Of a stretch of DNA of 64,000 nucleotides, positions 48,838-64,000 are shown piece after piece (the stretch's first letter is position 1; each line of letters starts with the position of its first letter). The position numbers and the translations under genes are program-made. Source of the DNA: the human T2T-CHM13v2.0 reference genome, Homo sapiens; NCBI RefSeq assembly GCF_009914755.1, contig NC_060925.1. One strand, 5' to 3'. Under the pieces are notes generated by a model. That model was not told the DNA's origin. It saw nothing but the letters and a program-made list of their open reading frames with translations, and did no database searches.

Positions 48838-50103
48838 GCCGGGTGTGGTGGCTCAGGCCTGTAATCCCAGCACTTTGGGAGGCCGAGGCAGGCGGATCAC
48901 CTGAGGTCAGGAGTTTGAGACCAGCCTGACCAAGATGGAGAAACCCCGTCTCTACTAAAAATACAAAATTAGTTGGTCATGGTGGCACATGCCTGTAATC
49001 CCAGCACTTTGCGAGGTCCAGGCGGGCTGTCACCTGGTTGGGAATTTGAGATCAGCCTGACCAACATGGAGAAACCCTGTCTCTACTAAAAATACAAAAT
49101 AGCTGGGCGTGGTGGCACATGCCTGTAATCCCAGCTACTCAGGAGGCTAAGGCAGGAGAACTGCTTGAACCTGGGAGGTGGAGGCTGTGGTGAACTGAGA
49201 TCGCAACAAGAGGGTAACAAGAGTGAAACTCCATCTCAAAAAAAAAACAAAACAAAACAAACAAACAAACAAAAATTAATCTCCATAGAAGACTTTAAAA
49301 GCTTCCAAGTGCTCCGCTAAGTATTTGATCAGGAGGACAGCAAAGAACAGAGAAAACGGAAGGAATTCCACCTAGACTATGCTAACTTTTTAATTTTTTA
49401 TATAAAAATTAATTTAAATGCTCATAAACAACCAGAGTATAGTGATCATATAATCTTAGTGATAGATTTAAAAAAAGGCTGGGCATGGTGGTTCACACCT
49501 GTAATCTTAGCACTTTGGGAGGCTTAAGCAGGAAAATCACATGAGCCCAGGAGTTCAAGACCAGCCTGGGCAACATGGTGAAACCCTGTCTCTACAAAAA
49601 AATACAAAAACAAATTAGCTGGGCGTGGTGGCATGTGCCTGTAGGGAGGCTGAGGTGGGAGGATCACCTGAGCCCAGGAGGTTGAGGCTGCAGGGAGCCA
49701 TGATTACACCACTGCACTCCAGCCTAGGTGAGGGAGACCCTGTCTAAAGTAAGCAAATGCTCAAGAGAATGATTCATTTCTGAAGCCTCTGACAAAATTT
49801 TTCTTTTTTCTTTTCCTTTTTTTCAGACAGGGTCTCACTCTGTTGCCCAGGTTTGAGTACAGTGGTGCAATTTTGGCTTACTGCAGCTTTTGCCTCTGGG
49901 GCTCAAGCAATACTTCCACCTTAGCCTCCTGAGCAGCTACAGATATGCACCACCACTGCCTGCCTGGCTAATTTTTGTATTTCTTGTAGAGATGGGGTTT
50001 TGCCATGTTGCCCAGGCTAGTCGTGAACCCCTAGGCTCAAGTGATCCACTCACCTCGGCCTCCCCAAGTGCTGGGATTACAGGGGTGGGCCACCATGCAC
50101 AAC
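48838..50103. mobile_element. Alus: 48838-49272 (+, trimeric), 49477-49746 (+), 49798-50103 (-)
   Basis: Alu sequence. Confidence 0.88.
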
Positions 50104-52110
50104 AGAAAAACTTTTCTTTAAACAACTGAATCACCAAGGTAAAAGCGGATTATCAGTTGGACTACCATGTGTCCACATTACAAAGGGATTGAGATTAGAG
50201 GCAGAGTTCCCATGTGCCATCCCTGTATGCAAGGAGAACACGCAAGGAAGGCAGAAGCAGGACAGTAAGTTAGAAGGCAATTTTAATACATCACACATTG
50301 AGCAGGTGGCCCGAAACAAGGAGAAAAGCGTTAGATGGATGGCATTACAAGGATTTATCTGTTTCCTCTTCCTCATAATAAACATCACTAAACTTAGGAA
50401 GCAGTTTGAATTATGCAGATTTTAAAAAGATACTTAAAAGTATCATAAATTGTCATTGTGCACTGAAACCTTACCAAACCACTGTGCAGTGAGTACTATT
50501 CACCAACAAGCCCATGTCTCAAAGAGATCACACTAAAGAGATCAATTTTTCTTCCTTTTTACAAAATATTTGCTCACTAAAAGATACGTTAGAAAAAAAT
50601 TACCTGCATTCCCAATACCCAATGACCACTATATTTTCATATATGCTCTGTGTTTTTCGTTCATATGTATGCACCTACGTTTTCCTAAAATTTAGATACT
50701 GTGCCTGTTTCATGACAAGCTCTTTTCATTAAATTTATCATAAACACCAGCATGGTATTTTTAGACAGAATTTAGTCCCTTTAATAGCATCCACCAATTA
50801 AAGTGATACCATGGTGTTCCCATGCACTTATGTCCAAAGACAGAAAAGACAATCTAACTTTCCTATTTGGCAAAATAAAAACACAAACATGCATAGAACA
50901 AAAATAACCGTGGCCTTCAAACCCAGAGTTACTAAATTTTAAGCTAAAAAAAATCAACAAATGTCATCAATAACTTGCAATATTTTTATTAACATACATG
51001 AATGTATCAAGAGAATGGCATAAATGAAAAGGCAGGAAGGTATGCCCACATCTTTTAAGTCTCTCTAGAAATCTAAAGATAAACCATTAGTTAGCTAAGA
51101 TGCTTCATTTCATAGCATTTTCTGAAATACCTTACCATGAGATTCATTTGCTGCCTGCTTTATACTGTTTTTATAAAGACAAGATGGATTTTTTATTTTT
51201 TTTAAATGGATTATTTTAAGGTAGTATAGTATAAATAGAAAGCGCAACACTGGGTGGTGATGTAATTTTTCCACATACGTAGGAATGATCTAAATGACTC
51301 GTTCAAGAATCTGTGGTTTGTGCTAAGAACCATTCCCTCTTTTTATATTTAACTACTCAAAAGAGCATTCACAAGGAATGAAGTTTCCAAAACAACTCAT
51401 TTAGCATACCATGCAACTACAACTAGTCCAGCAGATTAAGTGCATGAGTAACAAGAAACAGGGCAAGTCCATTCAGAAAAAATTAGAACACATAAAGAAT
51501 TTTCATTTGAAGAAAATCTAAATGGAGTAGTATTTTTAAAAGTTGCTCTGGAAGAAAGCTGCGAGACAAAACTTTTTCAAGGGCTAAGTGGTACAAGGCA
51601 GCCATGCCTGGGTATAATCTATAGTCAACTTTTGAAAAGGAAGCAGCCAGCCAATTAGCAAATACACAAAACTTCACATATCCTTTAGTGTTCTAGAAAC
51701 AGAGACACATATGAATTTCCACTAGTTTCCTTCTTAACCACACACTGTAGTCTATGTGAAGATTTATAGTATCAAAGAAAACTTACACTACTATAATATA
51801 TATGCACGACTCCTCCCTCCACCTAGAGTGTGACCTTTAACACTTTTAATCAAGTTCCCCATCCAAAAGAGTAAACGCACCCAATATGTGTATTTATGTA
51901 TTTCACACATTAGCTCTCAATCCATATATTAGAGTGGTGTCTAAAGAGTATTAACTGAAACATCTTACCATATTCTGAAGAGAATACGAATTCCATCTCT
52001 ATTTTTCAAGAAGAAACCGAGAGTAATTGTCAAAAGTCACTTGCACCAGTTTCAAGTGGTTTAGTCACTTTGGCACCTATCTTACAATCTGGCAATTCCA
52101 CTCTTAAGTA

Positions 52111-52748
52111 CAGTTGGCCTGCTGTATCTGTGTATTCTTTTTTTTTTTTGAGACGGAGTCTCGCTCTGTCGCCCAGGCTAGAGTGCAGTGGCTCAATCTC
52201 GGCTCACTGCAAGCTCCGCCTCCTGGGTTCATGCCATTCTACTGCCTCAGCCTCCCGAGTAGCTGGGACTACAGGCGCCCACCACAATGCCTGACTAATT
52301 TTTTTGTACTTTTTTTAGTGCAGACAGGGTTTCAGCGTGTTAACCAGGATGGTCTCGATCTCCTGACCTCGTGATCCGCCCACCTCTGCCTCCCAAAGTG
52401 CTGGGATTACAGGCGTGAGCCACCGCGCCCGGCCTGTATCTGTGTATTCTGCATCCGCGGATTCAACCAACCAGATTGAAAACATTTGGAGAAAAAATAC
52501 GCCTGTACTGAACATGTACAGACATTTTTTTCTTGCTATTATTCCCTGAGCACAATATAAACAACTATTTACACAGCATTTACACTACGTAAGTAATCTA
52601 AAGATGATGATTTAAAGTATATGGGAGGATGTGCATGGGCAAATACTACGTCATATTGTATCAGAGACTAGAGCATCTGCAAATTTTGGTATGCAAGGGA
52701 GGTCCTGGAACCAGTCCCCCACAGATACTGAGGGATGGAGTGAGTGTA
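52111..52748. mobile_element. MER2 (Tigger-type) MITE interrupted by an AluY (52139-52434, -)
   Basis: TA-CAGTTGGCC..GCATCCGCGGATTCAACCAACC..GGTCCTGGAACCAGTCCCCCACAGATACTGAGGGA; perfect 17-bp Alu TSD CTGTATCTGTGTATTCT (52122-52138, 52434-52450). Confidence 0.82.
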
Positions 52749-53073
52749 TTTACCCATTAGAAACAACCCATCAACAGAAAAATGTGTACAATGGAATATT
52801 CTTCAGTAAATAAACTACTGATATATGCAACAACAAATATATCTCAAAACTTTTTGAAATTTTTTGAAATTATTTCAAGCCAAAAATGTCAGTCACAAAA
52901 AAGTTCATACTATATGATTTCATTCACATGAAGTTGAAAAAAACGGGAAAATAATCTATGAGAACAGAAATCAGTTCAGTGGCTATTGCTGGGTGGGAGT
53001 GATTGGCAAGTGGCATAAAATGACTTCTTTTTTTTTCCCCCGAGACGGAGTCTCACTCTTTTGCCCAGGCTAG

Positions 53074-53558
<485 letters not shown>

Positions 53559-54250
53559 TGATCCACCCGCCTTGGCCTCCCAAAGTGCTGGGATTACAGG
53601 CGTGAGCCACCGCGCCAGGCTGCCAAAATGACTTCTAAGGTGAGAGAAACGGTCTTTGTATCTTGATTAAGGTGTGGGTTACACCAGTAAGTGCACTGTC
53701 AAAATTCAAACTATGTTTTATTGTAAGCAATTACAGCTCAATAAATTAAAAATTAAAAACTCATTCCCACTAATATACTACTGATTTTGAATTAAATGAC
53801 ACCAAACCTATATATTATTTTGGGAATCACAGGACAATTCTTATCTTCTTCAACAAGGGAATACTCTTTCCTCAAGGTCTTCTTTCAGATTTCAAAGTAT
53901 GATGTATGCCACACTTAAGACTAGACCTAGATTTTTTTATGTTAAAAATCTCATTTTCTAACTACTAATTGCTATATTTTATATGCTTAAATTCAGTCAC
54001 TTTTAATAGACTATTAATTTTTTAAATTTGACTATTCTAGAGAACCCCATCAGTGGCAAAAAACATATTCCATTTCCAATGCTTAACTTTCATTTATATT
54101 TTATATCTAAAGCACTAGTCAAAACTTTCAAAACAGTGCTCTTGATTTTAAACTGAAACATTTCAACATTATGCATACAACTGAAACAGTCTATTAAAGC
54201 ATTATTCTACTCTAAGTATCTTAAATAGGAGTAAGTGTTGAGTTTATTAA

Positions 54251-54640
<390 letters not shown>

Positions 54641-54664
54641 TGAGAGCTATTATACTTTAATACT

Positions 54665-55010
54665 TACATGTTAGGATAAATCAAGTTATACTGGAGTAAC
54701 AATTTTAAAAGCTCAGTGGCTTAAAATGAAGGTTTATTTCTTATTCACATTACATGTCTATAAAGAGATAACTTTATGGAAGCTTCTTACACCATCCTTA
54801 TTCAAGGTGACAGGATCTTTATCACCTGAGATATTGCCAGTTACCATGGATGGGGGAAGGGAAATGTGGGAAGTTATACACAGACTTAATAATGGCTTCT
54901 GACCAAAAGTGACAGTAACATTTCCACTCACATGCCACTGGCCAAAGTCAGTCAAGTGGTCATGCTTCAAAGGGGAGAAATACAATTACATCATATACCC
55001 TCAAGGAGAA
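54665..55010 (-). mobile_element. MLT1-type (MaLR) LTR remnant
   Basis: CTCAGTGGCTTAAAATGAAGGTTTATTTCTT..TTTCCACTCACATGCCACTGGCCAAAG. Confidence 0.55.
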
Positions 55011-55147
55011 CCAAAAATGTTAAGGGAATAGTCATTAGTGCTGTTCCAAGTGACAATTAACAAAGATAATTTGGCACTGTATTTTGGAGATTTATGTATA
55101 AAGTCGTATAAAAGATTGCTCTTTTTATTTATTATTATTCTTTTTGA

Positions 55148-55366
<219 letters not shown>

Positions 55367-55468
55367 TAGTCCACCCACCTCAGCCTCCCAAAGTGCTGGG
55401 AATACAGGAATGAGCAATTGCGTCCAGCCCAGAAGATTGTTCTATGGCTTCCTTTTTGTACCAAATGA

Positions 55469-55847
<379 letters not shown>

Positions 55848-56924
55848 TCAATAAAAAAAAAAAAAAAAAAAAAAAAAAAAGAAAGTAACCTTTTTACTGG
55901 TTGGTTGCAAGTCTCTATTAATATAATTTTTTAAATATTAAAAGGATGCAATCCCCAGTGCTATGCACAATTCTTGATTTGTAGCCCTGAGCTCTTCTGC
56001 TAGGAATGTAAAGTTTTATTCTCTTTTATCTTATTCACCTGGATCTTCAAGTAGTACCACAATGGGTACCTTGTCTTACTAACTTAACAGATATCTTGTC
56101 TTCTTGCACACTGTGGGTGTATCTCAGGTTTGTTCTCTGCTTTACTGATTTAGTTTTTTAGAGTGTTAAGTCTGCTAATTACCACCTAAAAACCAGTTTT
56201 ATTGTGTTTGTCTCCTTGTGCTGTGTTACTTTTTTCTGACATTTAATAGAAATCTTCCATAATATTTCAATAATAGACCCTTTAGCGCACTGATCACATT
56301 GGTTTCTGTAACTTTCTCTGAGTAATTAAACTATATTAGGGGCACAGTTTTCTGCTAAGTCCATAGGATCCCTGTTTCTCTTTATTACAGTTTTATATTC
56401 ATAAGCCTCATATTGATTTTTAAGTTTATTCATCCTATAATAAAGAATTGTCAATCCAATCCAGATAATCTTCCAACATCACTAACACCAGTACTCTCAG
56501 TCTTTATGGGCATTAGCACAGTCCCCAGCAGACTAATAGATGACCCAAACAAGAGAAACTTCCCACAGGATTCCATTAAGTTTTTTTTTTTTTTTTTTTT
56601 TTTTTGAGACAGAGTCTCGCTGTGTCGCCCAGGCTGGAGGGCAGTGGCACTATCTCGACTCACTGCAACCTCCACCTCCCAAGTTCAAGTGATTCTCCTT
56701 TCTCAGCCTTCTAAGTAGCTGGGATAACAGGCGCGCACCACCACGCCAGGCTAATGCCCAGCTAATTTTTGTATTTTTAGTAGAGACGAGGTTTCAACAT
56801 GTTGGTCAGGCTGGTCTCAAACTCCTGACCTCGTGATCTGCCTGCCTCGGCCTCCCAAATTGCTGGGATTATGGGTGTGAGCCACCACGCCTGGCCAGGA
56901 TTCCAGAAGTTTTTAAGGAAGGAC

Positions 56925-57385
56925 ATACAGGTAGGGTTGCTATAATTAAATAAAAAATAGTAGTGACTTAAACAAGATAGAAGTTTCTCATGTTAACAGT
57001 CCATACTTAACAGTCCTAGGCTAGTATGACCCAAGCTCCTTCTATCTTTTTGATAAGTTATCCTTACTATGGCTTGCATTTTGTAGCACGGGACAGCTGT
57101 TGGTAATTTCCTTTATCATGTCTGCATTCTAGCCATTGGGAAGGAAAAAAAGTAAGGATACATCTTTTCTTATGACATAAACTAGAGTTGTACACATCTC
57201 TTCTAATACTTACAAACCCACTGGTCAGAACTTAACCACATGGCGTACCTAGCTACAAGGGAAACTGGGAAATAGGGTCTAGGTGAGCAGCCACATACAT
57301 GCCCATGTAAAACTCAGGGACTCTTACTAATGAAAGAATGGGGAAATGGATGTTGGCAAATAACCAGCAGTCTCAGCTGTAAGAA
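56925..57385 (-). mobile_element. MLT1-type (MaLR) LTR remnant
   Basis: GTGACTTAAACAAGATAGAAGTTT..CTGGTCAGAACTTAACCACATGGC..AGCTACAAGGGAAACTGGGAAAT. Confidence 0.6.
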
Positions 57386-60300
57386 ATAATAGGATGGGGG
57401 AGAGGAGAAGTGAGAAAGAATGTCCAGAAAAATCAGGGTACTCTGCCTCATATTCTGAAGGGAATCGCAAACAAAGACAAATTAAACAGACATTTATCCT
57501 CTTTACTATGCAAGCAACTGGAAATCCAACCAAAGGTATTTCATAGCGCAATGTGAAAACCAGAAGGGCTTATCGTGCAGGGGAAATTGCAACACACCAA
57601 AAGCAGCCAGGAAGTAAATACTGAGGAGGGTCTGATTTTCTAGCCTGACCTAGACTCTTAAGAGTGTTTTTGCTTCTTATTTCTTATTGCAATTTAATAA
57701 AGGAATTTAAAATTTTGTTTTATTTTTTGGAGGTGGGGTCTTGATCTGTCACCCAGGCTAGAGTGCAGTGACACAATCATATCACTGCAGCCTCAAACTC
57801 CTGGGCTCAAACAATTCTCCCTAGCTACTTGGGGGAACTAATTCCCCCAAGTAGCTAGGACTATAGGCTTGCGCCACCACACACAGCTAATTAAATTTTT
57901 TTTTTTTTTTTTTTTTTTTTACAGACACCGTCTCACTACATTGCCTAGGCTGGTCTTGAACTCCTGGCCCCAAGTGATCCTCCCGCCTCAGCCTCCTGAG
58001 TTATCAGGATTACGGCACAAGCCCCTGGCTCCTCAGAAAGGAATTTTTAAAAACAGGAACATGAAGAGGAATTTCCCAGAATTTCAATTCTTTCTGCTGT
58101 CTTCCTGGAAACTAATCTTAATCACTGTGGCATACAACCTGTAGTAGAGAATTCAGAAGTAGAAGTCTCAGAATAAACCCAAATTACTTGTCTTCACAGG
58201 CTCATTTAGTTTACAAACTACGTATGTTGTTAAATGTGCTGGTAAGTCTAAAAGTTCAAGAATCTGAACGTATTATTATTCAACGTGGACAAACTCTAAA
58301 CATCAAATATTTTTACATTTAAAGTAAAAAAAAAAAATCCAAGGTACTTTGGAAAACTATTTTAAGTCAACATGCTGTAAACAGTCTAATGTTGATGATG
58401 AAATGTATCATTAGCTTCCACACTTTCTGTGGTCATATAATCCTTTCTACCATTCCTTCTCATGACATGTCAAATAATCCTAATTTTTAGTCTAGGGTCA
58501 CTATACATTCTTACTGAAATTTTGCATTAGACAATTTTGAAGAGAATGCTGACCAAGAGATACTTTATAAAGAAATACTATTAATAATACAGCAAGTCTC
58601 TAAATCACCAGTCTCTAAATCACAGTTTATGTTGCCATAAATTGAGTAGGAACTCAACATGAATTATCTCCTAGAAACAAAGCATATCACAGTTTATTTC
58701 CCAGACCAGCCCATAAAAGCCTACTTTGCCCCTGATGTTTAGACCGTAAAGAAAACTGTTCAAGGTGATAGTGGAAAATAGTGAGGAAAATACATTGTAA
58801 GCTCCATCCCTGGATATCTTATTACATTTCAATTTTCCTCAAATACAAGTAGGTCGATAGGAGCAGCAGCATCTAAGATGAGGAGCTGATGCACTGGTTG
58901 AAGGTGTATCCTAAATTTGGCCACAATAAATTTGGCCACTCACTCACTACTACTGTTTAGGCTTCTATCCTATGGCATAGGTTTCTTTTTCTCTTTACTT
59001 GGAATCATTTTCTCTCCATAAATCCTTACTCATTCTTAAAAACTATGCTTCACTCGAAATTCAACAGTACTATCTTCAGGATGTCACCATACTCGGAAGA
59101 TCTGTAATGTAGCTTTTACCGCGGATACTGTATTAAGTTACCCTACTCTCTTTCATACACTATCCAAAGAGTTGCTCCAGGGTTTGCTTACAGCATTCTC
59201 ATCTTTCTATCACTCTCAGTGACCAACCAGCACAGTGCTTAACTGAGACATATGGTAAAAAAAGGTTTTTAAGTCCCATAGACCTGGATTTATGTGGCTC
59301 TGTCACTCAGAAGATGGGAATCTTGAGCTAGTTACCTAAGCACTCTGAGTCTCAGTTTCCCCTTCTGTAAAATGGAAACAAACCAGCTCAAAGGGCAGTC
59401 TGCTACTCAAGCAGTTAATGAGTAATTTTTTGATGTTTAAGAGAAAAACTGCACCCAAATTAAAAGCTGTAAATTAGGCAAGAAGGCTGTGTCTAACGGC
59501 TTACAAGGGATGCCAAAGAAATAACTTGTAAGTGAATACAAATACGTTTATTTTAAAAACTTAACTTGGCCATATTAAATGAAACCTGATTTTTTCCTTT
59601 AGGAAACACTGTTAATGCTAACTGAAAGAGGGTAACCCAATAATCTTTAACATACTATAATTGGAGCATTAAATATACCAGACCCACAGCAATCACTCAA
59701 AGATATGTTGCAACTGACATGCTATGAAATGTGGCATCTCACACTTAGAATCACCCTCTTTTTCTACAAGGTTAAAAAAAAACAAGGGGGAAGCCGAACA
59801 CAGTGCTCATGCCTGTTCTAGCACTGTGGAGTCTGGAGCAGGAGGATTGCTTGAGCCCAGGAGTTCGAGATCAGCCTGGGCAACACAGGGAGATGCTGTC
59901 TCTACAAATATTAATAATTTTTTAAAAAATTAGCTGAGGGTGGTGGTTTGAGCCCGTGGCGACAGCTACTTGGGAAACTGAGGCAGGAGGCTACCTGAGC
60001 CTGAGAGGTCAAGGTTGCGGTGAGCCATAATCATGCCACTAGCCTGGGCAACAGAGCGAGACCCTGTCTCAAAAAAAAGCACTTGTATCTCCACAATATG
60101 TATCAGTGAAATCTTATACTAAAATTACACTATATATTTTATACATTATTTCATTTGACTCAGCAATTCTGAGATGTATCTGTCTTTCATGGGTGAGGAA
60201 AAAAGATTTTACAGATGAAACAAATTAAGCTTGAACAAAGTATGTAACTATAGTTACACAGCTTACTAATTAGTAAAGCCAACCCTCAATTCTAGAGACA

Positions 60301-60947
60301 CTGACTTCTAGCTATACTAGGAGCAATGGAGACACACAATTATAAAATATATGCCCCAAAGGAGTTTGCAGTGTAGGTGTGAAGACATGGAAAATATGAA
60401 GATAAAAAATCTAAACGTACAGAAAATCCAAAAGAATGTGGTAAATTATAAAGTAGTACAGATTTGTGTTCCTCAATATGTTACCAATGTATGACCTACA
60501 TTAGAATTTCTGGGAATGGAGCCTAGAATCTTTTTAAGCACATTCCCCAGCTGACTCTTAATGCCCATTTATATATTCATATTTCAGATTCGCTGGTATA
60601 AACAATATGCAGAATGAGTTTAGTAGAAGGGAGAGGTCAAATGGACTCATTTCTCTCTTTCAAATATACCTAAGCTATTTTCCAGTATTTTCCTTACGTT
60701 GCTTTTACATACAATCAAATAATTTAGATTTAAATGGTACACAAAAAAGTGGCTTTAACTAGAAATACTACTACTAGTTTCAAACAACTCCTCATTGTGA
60801 AATAATTTATAAAGTCATGATAGACCAATTTTATGTTTTAATAGCAATTATGGCAGGTTACTAAGCTAATACTTTACTGATTATAAAAATCAATTTATGG
60901 GCAATGTACAAGGTCAAATTCATGAACTGATTATCTAAATACAATAA

Positions 60948-60966
60948 TACTGCCACCTAGTGTTCA
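60948..60966 (-). promoter_or_regulatory. Candidate CTCF site
   Basis: ACTGCCACCTAGTGTTCA closely matches the reverse CTCF core (TGCCACCTAGTGG) in non-repeat sequence; motif only. Confidence 0.5.
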
Positions 60967-61941
60967 ACTTTTAAAACGACATAATCATACAATTGGAATT
61001 TGGGAAAAAACCCCCACAAAAGAGTGCTGTTAGAACAAACAGTTTCGGCCGGACACAGTGGCTCATGCCTGTAATCCCAGCATTCTGGGAAGCCGAGGCA
61101 CGTGTATCACTTGAGGTAAGGAGTTTGAGAACAGCCTGGCCTATATGGCGAAACCCTATCTCTACTAAAAATACAAAAATTAGTTGGGCATGGTGGTGGT
61201 CACCTGTAATCCCACTACTCAGAAGGCTGAGGAAGGAGAATCACTGGAACCCGGGAGGCAGAGGTTGCAGTGAGCCAAGATAAAGCCACTGCACTCCTGC
61301 CTGGGCGACAGAGCGAGACTCGGTCTCAAAAACAAAACAAACAAACAAGCAAAGACAACTAACAGTTTCACAGTAGGAACAACAAAACTTTAAGAATTGG
61401 CCCAGGTTGGGCGTGGACATTTTGGGAGGCCAAGGCGGGTAGACTGCTTAAGGCCAGACGTTCAAGACCAGCATGGGCAACACAGCTAAACCTCGTCTCT
61501 ACAAAAAAATACAAAAATTAGCCAGGTGTGGTGCTGTGTGCCTGTAGTCCCAGCTACTCAGGAGGCTAAGGTGAGAGGATCGCTTGAACGAACCAGGGAG
61601 GTGGAAGTTGCAGTGAGTCGAGATGATTTCAGTGCACTCCAGCCTGGGGAACAGGGTGAGACCCTGTCTCAAAAATAAAAAAATAAAAAATTGGTTGTTT
61701 TAGAGTCACTACCAGTATCTCAAGGATCACTGATGAAATGGGCAGCTAATACCAAATCATAACACTTCATATGTTTCAAATAAAAATCTTGTAATTCAAA
61801 TAAAAGAGAACCAATTAAACAACTATCACATGTTGAATAGCATTAACTATAGCTACAAAAATTGGAAACAAGTTTTAAGAGACACTAAATAATACATAGC
61901 TATTTAAATACTGGGGAAAAGCATTATCAAAGGACAGTAAA

Positions 61942-62615
61942 TGTGTGACAATTTGTATTTTCCAAAGATAGCAACAATATCTCCCATCCACATGTTCTTC
62001 TGCAATGTGACCTCGTCAGTATCAAGTTTAGGTACAGCCTATTTCCCCATTCCCTTCAACTCAGGTGGGTCCTATCATGGCTCTGACGAATACAATACTG
62101 AAGTGATCCTGTGCCAGTTCTAGGCATAACCCTTACCTACCCATGTCTAGCTTCCACTTTCTCAGAACACTTGCTCTTGAGGTATTTCTCTTAGAAGCCA
62201 ACTACCACGTAGTATAAAATATGACTACTGTAAGACAACTATGGAGAAGCCCTGGAGGATGACAGATCCATGTGCGGAGGTCAAGGAGCACGGAGGAACC
62301 AGAAATGCAAGTGAAGAAGTTATCATAGAAGCAGATCTTACAGGCCCAGCCGGTGCCAACTGCCCAGATAAATCCTTCCCAAATTACTGACTCATAAAAT
62401 CATGAGCAAGATAAAATGGTTGTTGTAAGCCACTAAGTTTTGAGGTAGTTTGTAATGTAACTGTAAATGAAACAAAAATTGGTTCCTGAAGTATTATGTT
62501 GCTTTAAGAAAAATAAACACTTGCCTCTTGTTTTCAGATTGGTGGTGGGTGGGCCTCAAGAAGAAGGAGGTTTGACAGACAATGAGATAAATGTTATTAG
62601 AGGCAGGAAAAAAGG
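61942..62615 (+). mobile_element. MLT1 LTR (about 61942-62473) with a short internal segment
   Basis: TGTG..TTCCAAAGATAGC start; CATGAGCAAGATAAAATGGTTGTTGTAAGCCACTAAGTTTTGAGGTAGTTTGT..ACA end. Confidence 0.72.
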
Positions 62616-62814
62616 TATAAAGTATAAGATATAAGCTTATAAGATAAATATACTTTTGGTATTATGAATTATTTCATTAAAAAAGGTGATAGTGGCCAGG
62701 TATGGTGGCTCGTGCCTGTAATCCCAGCACTTTGGGAAGCCGAGGTGGGCAGACCACCTGAGGTTAGGAGTTCGATACCAGCCCAGCCGACATGGTGAAA
62801 CCCCGTCTCTACTA

Positions 62815-63015
<201 letters not shown>

Positions 63016-63151
63016 TTAGTTGCTAACACAGATGAGAGGGTGACATATGGCTCTGATTATGCAAGTTGGGCCGTATCTATGCTTAAGTTTGCTATTAAGA
63101 GGAATTAGTGACAATGGGTTGTCCTAATTTTCAAGCACAAATTAAACGTTA

Positions 63152-63578
<427 letters not shown>

Positions 63579-63837
63579 TTATGGCAAGCATAATCAATCA
63601 TGTATACCAAGATAATTTATTAGGAAACACTTGATGTCTGGATTCAAATTCCCATGAAAAACAGTAATTTAAATAAGAAAAAAGTCACAAATGTTGTCCC
63701 TTAGTGGGTTGTAGAATATTTGCCCACCTTGATTTCTTCCCCATTTTCTTAGTGTAAGAGGTAAAGGCTGAACTGAGCTGGCAATGAAGAGCAGATGCCT
63801 TTAAACCAGCGAGCTGATGCAAATTCAATTACATATA

Positions 63838-63955
63838 CAGTCACATGTTGCATAACATTTTGGCTTAGAATGGACTATATACACAATGGTGGTCCCTTAA
63901 GATTATAATACTGTCTTTTCATTGTACCTTTTCTATGTTTCGATATATAAATACT
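63838..63955. mobile_element. Tigger3-like terminus
   Basis: TA-CAGTCACATGTTGCATAAC..GGTGGTCCCTTAAGATTATAATACTGT..TGTACCTTTTCTATGTTT. Confidence 0.6.
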
Positions 63956-64000
63956 GGAGGCACTGACTCCAGAGAGCTGAACACATTCACATATATGGCA

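Noticed and set aside
50460-51975. Several minus-strand donor-like motifs in the long GTF2B intron
   Set aside because: No matched acceptors or TFIIB-like reading frame; expected by chance.

Overview
Primate (most likely human) genomic DNA containing two convergent genes. On the + strand are the last six coding exons and the 3' UTR of PKN2 (protein kinase N2/PRK2; kinase C-lobe and PIF tail). On the - strand are the last five coding exons of GTF2B (TFIIB); its first exons, including the Zn ribbon, lie beyond the right edge. PKN2 introns hold a TSD-bounded U6 snRNA/L1 chimeric retrocopy and a processed Elongin C pseudogene. The rest is repeat-dense: about 55 Alus plus L1, L2, MIR, MER21, MLT1 and Tigger/MER DNA transposons. 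Almost all ORFs in the supplied track are Alu/L1 artefacts. I find no new gene system. The most unusual signals are DNA-repair and template-switch fossils: an 83-bp inverted copy of one Alu's end plus unique flank pasted inside a neighbouring Alu in the last GTF2B intron, a perfect 18-bp hairpin overwritten into an Alu, an iterative templated insertion at 27.8 kb, and an ancient local L1 duplication. Repeat family names and consensus comparisons are from memory, and repeat boundaries are approximate.
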